From positions 25,734 to 89,733 of IMG/VR virus record IMGVR_UViG_3300010430_000013: a stretch of 64,000 nucleotides of DNA. One strand, 5' to 3'. The position numbers were made by a program, and so were the translations under genes. Shown piece by piece: positions 39,130 through 49,194 of this stretch. The notes beneath the pieces are model-generated. The model worked only from the letters and a program-made list of their open reading frames with translations. It was not told the DNA's origin and searched no databases. The first letter of the stretch is position 1. Each line of letters opens with the position of its first letter. The stretch comes from a virus.

Positions 39130-39822
39130 ATGGCTAGAGCTAAAGCCAAAAAAGACTTGATTAAGTTTGCATCTAACGAATGGCAAGACTGGTTCATCGA
39201 GCAGCTTGAAGACGACGAGGGCTTTGATAAGGATGGTAAAATTCTACCTAAAGCCATGGGTCTATTGCGAGCTACCCAGCGCGTTATCGGGGATATTACC
39301 TATGAAACTTCAGTTATTAAAGCAGCCACTGAGCAGGATATTTCGGCAACTGTAATGGTTGACGTTAAAATCCAAACTAGGGACACGATTCTTAATGAAT
39401 TCGAAAATGCCCCTGCGATTATGGCAGCTCAAGGGGTTGCAGACGCTGGGCGCTCCAACACGGAAATGCCATTTGGCGCTCATGCAGCAGCTACTGCTCA
39501 TACACGAGCCCTGGGCCGAGCAATCAAACAAGCTCTTTTCTTAAATACGCATTGCGCCGAAGAAATCTTTGGGACAATCAAACCTGAAGATTGCAAGAAT
39601 CTAATCTCTAGCGCTAACACAGTTAGTGAAACTAAGATTAAATCTATTCTAAATTTGCTTAAACGACTTGATGCCAATGAGCAACTCTCCCTCGACAAGC
39701 TCGGAGGACCGGCGGAAAAAGTTTTGCGAGATGGCAGCGTCAGCCCAGAAATCGCAAGCGCGTTTTTGTCTCTTCTTAATGAATTTCAAAACAGTGAAGT
39801 CCCAGAAAAATACAGAAAGTAG
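39130..39822 (+). CDS. putative ssDNA-annealing protein (Rad52/Sak-like)
   Basis: ATVMVDVKI...GVADAG...ATAHTRALGRAIKQAL...AEE. Confidence 0.55.
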   Translation: MARAKAKKDLIKFASNEWQDWFIEQLEDDEGFDKDGKILPKAMGLLRATQRVIGDITYETSVIKAATEQDISATVMVDVKIQTRDTILNEFENAPAIMAAQGVADAGRSNTEMPFGAHAAATAHTRALGRAIKQALFLNTHCAEEIFGTIKPEDCKNLISSANTVSETKIKSILNLLKRLDANEQLSLDKLGGPAEKVLRDGSVSPEIASAFLSLLNEFQNSEVPEKYRK

Positions 39823-39831
39823 AGGGAGTTT

Positions 39832-40293
39832 ATGTCTTCTAAAAAGAAGTTTCTGTCGTGGTTGTTGATTAGTAGCGTTTATGTTACATCTTTCATTGGG
39901 GTTGAGTCTCAGACTGGCATTCTTTCAGAAATGGCGAACAACGACGTAAGTCGAATTTGTTATGTTATTTTGGGTTTGTTTGTTTTTGGAATGGTTATCG
40001 CTGGAATTCAATCTTGGAACAACGCGATGCACTTCAAGCGCATTGATCAAATTGGTGGAATGTCTCAAAGCATGGGACTCCTCGGAACTATCATTGGTTT
40101 GGTTATGATGTTTGCTCAGATTAACTCTGGCAACTTGGACCCATCGGACAAGCAGGCGGTACTATCTATGATGGAACAAATGTCCTCCGGCTTGGCAACA
40201 GCTCTAAATACTACAATGTGTGGGATTATATCCAGCTTGGCTTTGGGGCTCTATACTCTAGTTCTCAGAGACACCGGAGAATCCAAATCATGA
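39832..40293 (+). CDS. MotA/TolQ/ExbB-family proton channel protein
   Basis: GLLGTIIGL...GLATALNTTMCGII. Confidence 0.88.
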   Translation: MSSKKKFLSWLLISSVYVTSFIGVESQTGILSEMANNDVSRICYVILGLFVFGMVIAGIQSWNNAMHFKRIDQIGGMSQSMGLLGTIIGLVMMFAQINSGNLDPSDKQAVLSMMEQMSSGLATALNTTMCGIISSLALGLYTLVLRDTGESKS

Positions 40294-40862
40294 AAAACGT
40301 ACCAATCGCCATGCTGGACCTCTTTTTGGTGTTGCTGCTTATTGTGATGCAGCAGTGGGTCTTTGCGATGCTTCTGATTAATCCAGCTGAAGAATCGAAA
40401 CCAACTCTTGAGCCAACAGCACACTTTACTATGAGAGTAACCTGGGACGAACCTAGCTCAGATGTAGATTGCTGGGCTATGATTACGAATGATCCAGATA
40501 GTATCTGTGGGTTCAAGCGACGAGAAGTTGGTAATCTTCAACTGACAAACGACCATACTTCTTTAACCTACGGAAGTGTCGATGGAAAACCGGTAACTCA
40601 AGCAGTAGAAAATCTAAATATTACATCTATTCATGCTGCTGAGTATGCGTTTAACATTGATGGTTACTCAATCAGAACTAACCCAACGAATGTCACTGTC
40701 GAAATCTACAAGAATAATCCCAAGAGGTTGCTTTACTCAAAGCAGCTTACTATTGATACAGGGCAAGAGGAACACATTTGCAGAGTTACGATTGACTCAG
40801 ACGGTTCTGTTCTGAGCGTTGATGACTCTCTCCCGATTTACTTTGTAAGGAGCCAACTATGA
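40290..40862 (+). CDS. ExbD/TolR/MotB-like single-TM partner with beta-sandwich domain
   Basis: MLDLFLVLLL (conserved TM Asp); ATGA overlap with the MotA-like gene; VTWD..SDVDCW. Confidence 0.7.
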   Translation: MKNVPIAMLDLFLVLLLIVMQQWVFAMLLINPAEESKPTLEPTAHFTMRVTWDEPSSDVDCWAMITNDPDSICGFKRREVGNLQLTNDHTSLTYGSVDGKPVTQAVENLNITSIHAAEYAFNIDGYSIRTNPTNVTVEIYKNNPKRLLYSKQLTIDTGQEEHICRVTIDSDGSVLSVDDSLPIYFVRSQL

Positions 40863-41422
40863 CCGAGTTTTTAGCTGCACTAGTCGTTCTCAGTGCTGTT
40901 GCGTGGATGCTTATCGATGGACGTAGTCACTGGGTCGTCAAGGCGTTCTTTATCGTTGCGCTTGTGTCTGCCAGCTTGGTCATCTTTGGCAGAATTTCAA
41001 AGTATAAGGGTTCTCCAAGAGAGGTGTCAGAACTTCCGATAGAGTTTATCCATGTTTCGTCGGTGGTTGATGAACCAAATGGCTTTATCTATCTTTGGAT
41101 GAAAGATATCGACTCAACCAGGATCTATCCAACAAGTGTTAAAATTGCCTACAATAGACAGATTCACAAAGCTGCCCAAAAAGGCAAAGAAGCCACCAAA
41201 GGCAAGCCGTTCAAAATGAGCCTCGAAAAGGCACAAGGAGGCAACGGCTCTGGTGCTGAGGGGTCACCTGGTGGCGAGGGAGCTGGTCAAGGCCAGGGCG
41301 GCATGGGTCAAGGCTCAGGCTCCAGTGGAACCAAAGGCTCTGGTTCTCTATCGCTTGAATCTATTGGGGGCGCTAGCATTGGAATTGTACCGCCATCCTC
41401 AATGCCTATCAAGGAGAACTAA
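40859..41422 (+). CDS. two-TM membrane protein with Gly-rich tail
   Basis: Coupled third gene of the MotA-like module; IYLW motif. Confidence 0.7.
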   Translation: MTEFLAALVVLSAVAWMLIDGRSHWVVKAFFIVALVSASLVIFGRISKYKGSPREVSELPIEFIHVSSVVDEPNGFIYLWMKDIDSTRIYPTSVKIAYNRQIHKAAQKGKEATKGKPFKMSLEKAQGGNGSGAEGSPGGEGAGQGQGGMGQGSGSSGTKGSGSLSLESIGGASIGIVPPSSMPIKEN

Positions 41423-41705
41423 TATGTTTAAAGATATGCTTCAAAACCTAGCCAACAAAGCAGTACATGACCGAAACGAAGAAATCAAGCAAAAATTTGA
41501 ACTATCTAAAGCCCCTCTCAAAGAATTTCTGATTAAGCACGCTAAAAAGGGGAACTTCTCTATACCTAGAAAGGATATAGTAGAACAAATAGACAGCGAT
41601 ATTAGGTACTCAGGACTAGTTAGAGAATGGCTTGAGGCCTTCTTAGAGGATGAATTACGGTTAACTAAATCAAACTCGCCGGAGTATTATTACTGGCAAG
41701 ACTAG
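41423..41705 (+). CDS. hypothetical protein
   Basis: RBS AAGGAG before MFKDML; last + strand gene. Confidence 0.6.
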
Positions 41706-42007
41706 CTCCAAACGCCATCCGGGCATTTCTCTGTTTTGAATTGAATCTTGTTAAGCTCTAGCAAGTTCTTGCGGTCCTTTAAATAGCACCCACAAAGATT
41801 ACACTCGCCTTCGTCTTGATGGAATCTATTAAAGTGCTCGCAAGACCCACACTTGTTGTGGAAAATGTCGTGAATTTCTTCCTCAGATCTAGTTGGACAG
41901 CCAGCAATAAACCACTTGCCATAAGCTTCAACTGCTGAGAGAATCAACAATGGGTTGTGGTAAAGTTTATTGAGGGCTTCGTTGATAGTTTTAATAATTT
42001 TGCTCAT
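41702..42007 (-). CDS. Cys-rich zinc-binding protein
   Basis: CGSCEHF, CNLCGC, CPDGVW. Confidence 0.75.
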   Translation of the reverse strand: MSKIIKTINEALNKLYHNPLLILSAVEAYGKWFIAGCPTRSEEEIHDIFHNKCGSCEHFNRFHQDEGECNLCGCYLKDRKNLLELNKIQFKTEKCPDGVWS

Positions 42008-42030
42008 TTTATATGTCCTTATTGAGTAAC

Positions 42031-43809
42031 TTAGGGTATGCGTACAGTAGCTGTGGCGCTAGACCAGTCTAGATATTTATTTCCACCAAGTGGTGGGGCA
42101 TCACGAACAAACGTGCTATATTCTTGATAGCAACTTTCGCTTAAATTTTCACCATAAAGTTCGTCTATTTGGGAAGATCCTCCGGTATTAACTGCTCCTG
42201 AAATTTTCCAGGTATCATAACCACCGCCACTAGGTCTTGAGGTCATCGCTATGGAAATAAAGCAAGACGTGTTAAGCGGGCTTCCTCCAGAATCTTCGGC
42301 TTCGACATCAAAATCTATTTGCCCACCAGGATTACCTAAAGCACAATTCATTGGTATGGTGTGGGTTTTATTAAAATAAGACAGAAGAGTGGGCGAAGCA
42401 TTATCATAGTTTGGCTTAAATGGGTCGCTATCCCACGGAACATACGTCACTCCAGTTATAGTGACCTCTAGCTCCGTTGGAACAGAACCTTCCAAACAAC
42501 CAGCACATAAGACATACTCCGTCCCAGAAGGACATCCGCAAACATCTCTGGCATTCGTAATTCCAGAAGCGAGGGTTTCTGCTTCCCCTGTGGTTATGTC
42601 GTTGTTCTTGTCGAGAATGTTTACAACTGTTTCTAAACTATTAATGATTGCACAAAAACAATCTTTGGAAGCAAGCCCACTCGTAGACGCGCCTCCGCTA
42701 GGCGTTGCCGTGGCAGCAGCGGATAAAGCAGTAACCGAGTCGCTAAATATACTCCAAACACATTTATTTCTATCCCATCTAAGATCCACCGGCCCAACAG
42801 GCCAAGTGTTCGGTTTTCTCAAATGCCCCTCAAGAAACTTGTTGTCATCGAGTCCGTCCTTGGTAAAGTTTCCGGTTGAGGCGGCTGTTTCGCTGTCGCC
42901 CAAATTTGGGACTGGGCGGTTGTTCGTATCGTAACCCCAGCCATGAACAACCATCGGGCCTTTGTGCGCCATTACTCGGTAATTATCTCGATGGTCCAAC
43001 GAAGAGAACCCAGAGCCCTGAGCGATAGCCGCTTGATACATTCCTAGACCACCGTCTGGTGTTTCTCCTCTGGCTGTTCCGCTACGTGCTGCTACTTCTA
43101 AGTCATGTCCGACTTCCTTAGTATCTGATCTATTCGCGGCCACATGATCCCACAGAAGACCGGAAGGGTTCTGCCAAGGCTGCAAATCATAAATAGTTAG
43201 TGCATTAAAACCAGCAGCGCTGTACGACCCGCCCGTATAACCGCTTGGTTGACCGCCAGACCAAACAAACGGAATAGGGTTATTCGAATCAACACATGAG
43301 ACAACCCCGCTACTCGGAGAAGAGGTCTCGCCATCTATTTCGAGAATCCAAGCTGATCCATTATAATATATAGATATGTTTCTAGCCGCATCGTAATTCC
43401 ATTTGCACCCGCTAATCCTGCTAAGTGAGTAGATTCCATTTATATCAGTCAGACCACTAGCGGCAGTCACATCCTCAACGGTTAGCAAGAAAGTATTCGG
43501 TGAGACACCTGAGCATCCTGCACAGTCTTCAAATATTTCACAATAGGCATATTGCGGCAACCCACTCTGACGAGATATAGAGATAGGGCGGAATAAACCA
43601 TCCCAACTCATGAAAGCTTTCTCGGAATAGTTGTTTTGAAGCTCCACAGTCATCGCTTCGGCATCCTGCTCTCGAACGATGGTCCTGTAGTAACCTAATC
43701 CGCTGCCCTCAGCATTTTCTATTTCGATGATCTGCCCAGTCAAACCAATAAAATTGTTTGCATTATTAAGGGCTTGACCGTTAAATCTGTCTGCTTGTCT
43801 ATAATTCAT
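42031..43809 (-). CDS. putative tail tip/fiber protein (paralog B)
   Basis: Structural module; shares HGWGYD...PVGPVDLRWDRN with the neighbour. Confidence 0.7.
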   Translation of the reverse strand: MNYRQADRFNGQALNNANNFIGLTGQIIEIENAEGSGLGYYRTIVREQDAEAMTVELQNNYSEKAFMSWDGLFRPISISRQSGLPQYAYCEIFEDCAGCSGVSPNTFLLTVEDVTAASGLTDINGIYSLSRISGCKWNYDAARNISIYYNGSAWILEIDGETSSPSSGVVSCVDSNNPIPFVWSGGQPSGYTGGSYSAAGFNALTIYDLQPWQNPSGLLWDHVAANRSDTKEVGHDLEVAARSGTARGETPDGGLGMYQAAIAQGSGFSSLDHRDNYRVMAHKGPMVVHGWGYDTNNRPVPNLGDSETAASTGNFTKDGLDDNKFLEGHLRKPNTWPVGPVDLRWDRNKCVWSIFSDSVTALSAAATATPSGGASTSGLASKDCFCAIINSLETVVNILDKNNDITTGEAETLASGITNARDVCGCPSGTEYVLCAGCLEGSVPTELEVTITGVTYVPWDSDPFKPNYDNASPTLLSYFNKTHTIPMNCALGNPGGQIDFDVEAEDSGGSPLNTSCFISIAMTSRPSGGGYDTWKISGAVNTGGSSQIDELYGENLSESCYQEYSTFVRDAPPLGGNKYLDWSSATATVRIP

Positions 43810-43813
43810 AGGG

Positions 43814-45649
43814 CTATGGCGCAGGGGTGGTAGAAATAGTTATCGTGGATGTGTCTAAGTATCTATCTGCGGTATTGGTAATTAAAGCATCGCTAAAGTC
43901 TGCTGTATCGTCCGCTATACAGTCTTCACTGTTATTTACACCGTCAAACTGAGATGTTTGAGCCAGAATTCCGACCGGGGTGTTAACCTCTCCAACATTA
44001 TTGACGAAGATAGTGTATCTCCATTGTGCTCCAGCTTGCATTGCCAACCAAAGCTCAACTCGTACATCATATGGGTTGTTGCCCGAGTTGGAAGGAGAGT
44101 AATTATTTGCAGCGAAAGTTTGCGAGACGAATCCTGCCGGGGCTCCAGATTGTCCTCCTGGAATGCCGTCACAATCAAGTGTAATTGTGTGAGTTTGATT
44201 CAACCAAGCCGCAATATCGCTTCCTGTGAAATCCCAGAAGGATGTATTAGACGGATAAGCAACGTTACTAATGTTGGCCACAGTTACGTCAACAGCTACT
44301 GGCATCTGATTAGATGATCCAGAGCAATTCTCACAATCAACAACGCTCTGTGGACATTCGCACGTTGTTATAGCGGTTGCTATTCCAGAGTTTAAAGTTG
44401 TGGCTTCTGCAGAATTTATAGTGGCGTTGTTTTCCAATATATCAACCAAACTCTGCACCACGTCTAAAACTGCGCATGCACAATCCTGCGTAGCATAACC
44501 AGAACAATCAGCAACCCCTCCTCCAGATGATCCGTCAGAAGAAATCACCCCGTCTGATCCACAACCTGGAGACACCCAGACGCACCTGTTTCTATCCCAC
44601 CTTAGATCTACTGGGCCAACTGGCCAAGTGTGAGGTTTTCTGAGATGTCCCTCTAAAAATTTATTATCGTCCAGTCCATCTTTGGTGAATACACCTGAGC
44701 TGGTTGCTTCTTCTGAGTCGCCAAGGTTTGGCACAGGTCTTCCGTTACAATCATAACCCCAGCCGTGTACAATCAATGGACCTTTCAGGGCCATAAATCT
44801 ATAATCATCCCTATAGTCAAATGCGTCCGCTCCAGTGTCCCCTTGAGTAACTCCGGCTTGATACATACCAAGTCCACCAGAAGGAGTAGAGTTTCGGTCC
44901 GTACCTGTTCGACCGACTACTTCTAAGTCATGACCAATTGTAGATGTGTCAGACCTCTCAGAGGGCACCTTATCCCAAGGGGGCATTCCAGATGGGTTTT
45001 GCCAAGGTTGTAAATCATAAATAGTTATAGCATTAAAGCCTACCGCTTCGTAGGTTCCTCCTGTGTACCCACTTGGAGGTGAAGCCCAGGTAAACTGAAT
45101 TGGGTCATTTGAGTCTGCGCAAGCAACTTGCCCTGAAACCTGATTAGAGGTTTGCCCGTCGATACTTAGGTTCCAGCCATTGCCGTCGTATGCAACCTTT
45201 AAGTTAAGTCCGTTGGCAGCATTTCCAGACCAAAGACATTCTCCCTCGCGGGGGATATTATAAATGCCGTTGATTTCCTGAAGACCGCTTGCCGCTGTAG
45301 TGTCTTCAATAGTTAAAATAAAGGTATTTGGGGAAACCGCAGAGCATCCAGAGCAATTTGCAAAGGTCGGACACCTAGCATATCTTGGAAAGCCTCCTTC
45401 TCCATCCATAGAAACTGGTCGAAATATGCCATCCCAGCTCATAAAGGCTTTCTCAGTGTAGTTATTCTGCAACTCAACTGACATAGCCTCAGCGTCCTGG
45501 CTGCGGGTTATGGTTCTATATAGTCCTAGCGCGTTTCCGCTTTCGTCAGCTATTTCAATGATTTGCCCTGCAAGCCCTAAGTTATTGTTAGCGCCGTTCA
45601 GAGCCTGTCCATTAAATCTATTTGACTGACCTAAGTTTCTATAAGGCAT
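43814..45649 (-). CDS. putative tail tip/fiber protein (paralog A)
   Basis: N-terminal ~360 aa highly similar to 42031-43809. Confidence 0.7.
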   Translation of the reverse strand: MPYRNLGQSNRFNGQALNGANNNLGLAGQIIEIADESGNALGLYRTITRSQDAEAMSVELQNNYTEKAFMSWDGIFRPVSMDGEGGFPRYARCPTFANCSGCSAVSPNTFILTIEDTTAASGLQEINGIYNIPREGECLWSGNAANGLNLKVAYDGNGWNLSIDGQTSNQVSGQVACADSNDPIQFTWASPPSGYTGGTYEAVGFNAITIYDLQPWQNPSGMPPWDKVPSERSDTSTIGHDLEVVGRTGTDRNSTPSGGLGMYQAGVTQGDTGADAFDYRDDYRFMALKGPLIVHGWGYDCNGRPVPNLGDSEEATSSGVFTKDGLDDNKFLEGHLRKPHTWPVGPVDLRWDRNRCVWVSPGCGSDGVISSDGSSGGGVADCSGYATQDCACAVLDVVQSLVDILENNATINSAEATTLNSGIATAITTCECPQSVVDCENCSGSSNQMPVAVDVTVANISNVAYPSNTSFWDFTGSDIAAWLNQTHTITLDCDGIPGGQSGAPAGFVSQTFAANNYSPSNSGNNPYDVRVELWLAMQAGAQWRYTIFVNNVGEVNTPVGILAQTSQFDGVNNSEDCIADDTADFSDALITNTADRYLDTSTITISTTPAP

Positions 45650-48600
45650 TGAGTCTCTCTGAAATCTTTTCTAATTTTTTAACCCGCTTAATCAACTCTT
45701 GATTCAGTTTGTTGGCTTTTTGCAAGCGGTCCAACAATTGTCTATCCATGCCGCCTCGTCGAGGGGCGTAAGACCTAAACGAATAAGTCGTGGTGGCATT
45801 ACAGCTTGAGTCAATCGATACACTAATGTTTGTAATATTAGGACCAAAGTTTCCTGACCAAAAATTACCAAAGTCTACCGTACTGTAATCAAACGAATAT
45901 GGGTTTCCGTCTGCTCCAGTTTCATTCTGGGTGGTTGAACTAAATGTTCTTGTTTCTGTAAGGTACTGTGCGCCCAGCCCGTTAATAGTTCCCAGTTCTA
46001 CTCCGAGGGGTGCCGTAGGATAACCTGGAACAGTAATGTTCCCAATCTCTGCTCCAAGACCATCTTGTCGTCCCGCGCAAGCGTAGAATAATCCTGCTCG
46101 ATTCATCTTTTCGTATGAACCAAAGTTCCACGGTGCGAATTGGTCATCCTGAATGAATTCTCCACCCCAAGAGGGGTTGCTAGGATTGCACCAAGGTCCA
46201 TAATGAATCTCATTGTGTTTCATAGGAATTGCTGCCCCCTCAATCATGCACGGTGGCGGCTGCTGAGGTAGCCATGCGTCTTCGCCGCCAACATTTCCCA
46301 GGGCGCTATTTCCTGCGTTTTGACCAGGAGTAAGTCTAAATTCATTAATTCCATCTAAAGTATCTACGTTTCTTTCAAAGACTGGGCCTGGAGTTGATAC
46401 TACGACTCGCGGAACATAGCATAGCGCTTTATCATGAAAAACGTATTCGGTTTGAACGGAAGCTCTAACGTACAGAGTGACAGCAAGGGTTCCTACTTCT
46501 GTAATCGAAGTAATGAAACTGTTAGAGTTAACTGTATAGGCTGTAATGATGTAGCCCAAACCGGTATTTGTATCAAACCAGACTAGCGGCACATCTGGGC
46601 TTCCAAATAACTGTAAATCTAGATCAGTAGGATGAGCATCCTTCGCAACAAAAGGCAAAAAGGTAATTTTAACCCAATCACTACCGTCGTAGATGTAAAT
46701 CATTCCAGTTAGATTGTCCGCATAGGCATCTCCGAGACTACCTCCGCCTGATGGCGCACCGTCCCCAAAAGTCATTCCTGAGAGTAAAGCGTCAGAAGCT
46801 TGCCATTTGAAAAAGAAAGAATCCTTAGGTAGAGACGTAGCGTCCTTTAATGCGCCTTGATCAAATCTAACAAACGGAAGAATTTTTCGGTCTTCAGTTA
46901 AGAAGTAGTTTTTTAAGTCAAAGTCATTTCCTAATTCATAGCCGAATCCAGTAACGCTGCCGTCTGCATAATTTCCATTTGGGAGTCCAAGCACCTCGCA
47001 AACTTCAGTCCATCCTCCGTCATTTGTGGGACTTTCTGTTATTCGAGTAGTTTGGTTCTCCAGATCTGGATAACAGCAAGTAAATGGAACTCTGACTGCC
47101 CATTTGCTGCCTAAGTTCTCTCTTGCATATTCCTGCACCCATTGGTAAATGGTTTTTACGTCATTAAAAAACTGATCTTCCAAAGGCAAAAATCTATTAA
47201 CATCTGGCATATTCCAGTCGGCTGGATTCTTGCTATTTCTGTCTTGTGGAGTTGCTCGAAAACCTTTAGCAGTTAACATTCTGTCGTCTGAGTTACGAAT
47301 GTATGCTCCGATTTGGCTAACATTCGGAATGTCTGGGTCCATAACATGTTTATACCAAGTATCATATGAAACTAGAGCTGCTCGCATTTCACTTTCGGTA
47401 ACTCTAACATATGGATCAGAAATTAAAACACTAGCCAGCGAAGTGCTCACTCCAATCGATGGCAAATCCCAAGCGTATTCAGTTAAACTAAATCCACTAG
47501 GGTCTGGCACACCACTAATTTTAGATTGACCAGTAATCTCATAAGTATTTAAAATATCCCCATTCTGGTCAACTCCCATATAAGGAATAATCATATCATC
47601 CATAGCTCCAGATACCGAAGCTGTAACTGGAAGAGCCCCGCTGTTTATAGTGTATCCAGCCAAAGTAACAGCATCATTCGCTGGAGAAGTAAAGAATGCA
47701 TCTGGGTTGATGTCTTGTCGAGCTTGGAAAATAGTTTGTTTATGTGCGCCTAAAACAAATCGCGAAGCTGCATCTGTCCTTAGTTCTCGTCCTTGGGTGA
47801 ACTGAATTTGACATTGCGGAAAGTCAGTCAGTGAACAAATTGCATTATTTTGAGCAGGCGCTACTTTCTTGTTGATTACACGAAGCTTAATAAACTTTTC
47901 TACAGACGTACAAGTTTCAGCAGGAGCGCCCGAAGGATTCTTGACTGGAACCATATCTACATAGTAGTCAAACCCAAAGTCTTTAGACATTTGTTCTATC
48001 ATTTCCATGACGGTCATCGAAGTGCCGCTCATCCGATAGGATTTGTCTAGAGAAGTGGGAAGGTCGGCACCACAAGTAAAATTACCAACATCAAAGACTT
48101 GCGTAAGCTCAGACAAATCTAAATAATAATAATTTAATGTTGAAAAACACCCTGCGCCGGAGTCTGGTGGCATAAGCCCACCAAATTCATCTGTGGTTAA
48201 ATCGTATGCCAGCGGCAAACCGTATTGAAGACTGGCAGGGGCCGAGGGATCACTCCAGTCGGCAAAGTATGAATGCTTAGCAAAGACAACTCGCCCATAT
48301 GGGGAATACGCATCAAAGCCAGATCCATCGACGGCTACAGAAGGAACCTTATTAACTAGTGTGTTTAAACCGAAGTAAATTCGGTTCCAAGGCATTCCAT
48401 CTTCTGTCCAGCATGATCCTCCGAAACCGCTAGATGGAGTACCAAACACAAGGCCGTCTCTACTGACTCCAGCACCTATTGTAAGGTTGGCTACGCTATC
48501 ATAGAAGCCCCATTCAGAATCAACAGGATTACAGTCAAAATTCTGCTGAGCGTAAGCTGTACAGGGCGTGCCCCCAAAAAACTCCATGAATCCATAAACA

Positions 48601-49181
48601 TTAATCAGGTTAGCGTTAGGACAAGACGGATCACAGTTCACTGCGCCCTGATAGTCCCCAATAATCATGTTTACCTTTTCAAGGATGATCTTTGGGTCTA
48701 CAATCTTAACTCTATACTTGACGCCGCCATTACAGTCTACGTCCTTTGCCCAGTCGCTAACGACTCCGCACCACTCAAACAATCCAAACTTAAAGAATAC
48801 CGGAACGCCTTCCAGGTTAATCGCTGGTCTAACTAGCGTGTCTGCTACATTTTCCTTAGTGCAAGAACTATACTCGCTGCCAGACGGATAAGCTACTTTT
48901 CCTCCGATGATCAAGTCGGCAGAACGCCTCCATCTTGTGTCACCAAAGAACCCAGGATCTGGAGCGCTCCAGGTTTGCTCGGAAAGACATTGGCTGCTGT
49001 AATAGGTCTTATCAGTAGAACATGCAAAATCTTCATACAACACCACATCCATAGATGAAACTGCGCTATTCCATCCGGCAGTCGCGCTAAAACTCTGAAT
49101 AGAGCAACCTAAGAAAAGAGTTTGCTGTACGTCTAGGTTAATTCCACTGCAAACGCAGGTTTGTGTATCTATAATAGCCAC
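45639..49181 (-). CDS. large tail tip/hub protein
   Basis: 1180 aa, two genes downstream of the tape measure; FLGCSIQSFSATAGWN; call based on position. Confidence 0.65.
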   Translation of the reverse strand: MAIIDTQTCVCSGINLDVQQTLFLGCSIQSFSATAGWNSAVSSMDVVLYEDFACSTDKTYYSSQCLSEQTWSAPDPGFFGDTRWRRSADLIIGGKVAYPSGSEYSSCTKENVADTLVRPAINLEGVPVFFKFGLFEWCGVVSDWAKDVDCNGGVKYRVKIVDPKIILEKVNMIIGDYQGAVNCDPSCPNANLINVYGFMEFFGGTPCTAYAQQNFDCNPVDSEWGFYDSVANLTIGAGVSRDGLVFGTPSSGFGGSCWTEDGMPWNRIYFGLNTLVNKVPSVAVDGSGFDAYSPYGRVVFAKHSYFADWSDPSAPASLQYGLPLAYDLTTDEFGGLMPPDSGAGCFSTLNYYYLDLSELTQVFDVGNFTCGADLPTSLDKSYRMSGTSMTVMEMIEQMSKDFGFDYYVDMVPVKNPSGAPAETCTSVEKFIKLRVINKKVAPAQNNAICSLTDFPQCQIQFTQGRELRTDAASRFVLGAHKQTIFQARQDINPDAFFTSPANDAVTLAGYTINSGALPVTASVSGAMDDMIIPYMGVDQNGDILNTYEITGQSKISGVPDPSGFSLTEYAWDLPSIGVSTSLASVLISDPYVRVTESEMRAALVSYDTWYKHVMDPDIPNVSQIGAYIRNSDDRMLTAKGFRATPQDRNSKNPADWNMPDVNRFLPLEDQFFNDVKTIYQWVQEYARENLGSKWAVRVPFTCCYPDLENQTTRITESPTNDGGWTEVCEVLGLPNGNYADGSVTGFGYELGNDFDLKNYFLTEDRKILPFVRFDQGALKDATSLPKDSFFFKWQASDALLSGMTFGDGAPSGGGSLGDAYADNLTGMIYIYDGSDWVKITFLPFVAKDAHPTDLDLQLFGSPDVPLVWFDTNTGLGYIITAYTVNSNSFITSITEVGTLAVTLYVRASVQTEYVFHDKALCYVPRVVVSTPGPVFERNVDTLDGINEFRLTPGQNAGNSALGNVGGEDAWLPQQPPPCMIEGAAIPMKHNEIHYGPWCNPSNPSWGGEFIQDDQFAPWNFGSYEKMNRAGLFYACAGRQDGLGAEIGNITVPGYPTAPLGVELGTINGLGAQYLTETRTFSSTTQNETGADGNPYSFDYSTVDFGNFWSGNFGPNITNISVSIDSSCNATTTYSFRSYAPRRGGMDRQLLDRLQKANKLNQELIKRVKKLEKISERLNAL

Positions 49182-49194
49182 TATAAATCCTCAA

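Noticed and set aside
41448-41463. Additional cassette repeat (CTAGCCAACAAAGC)
   Set aside because: Partial match inside a coding region without a cassette boundary; probably chance
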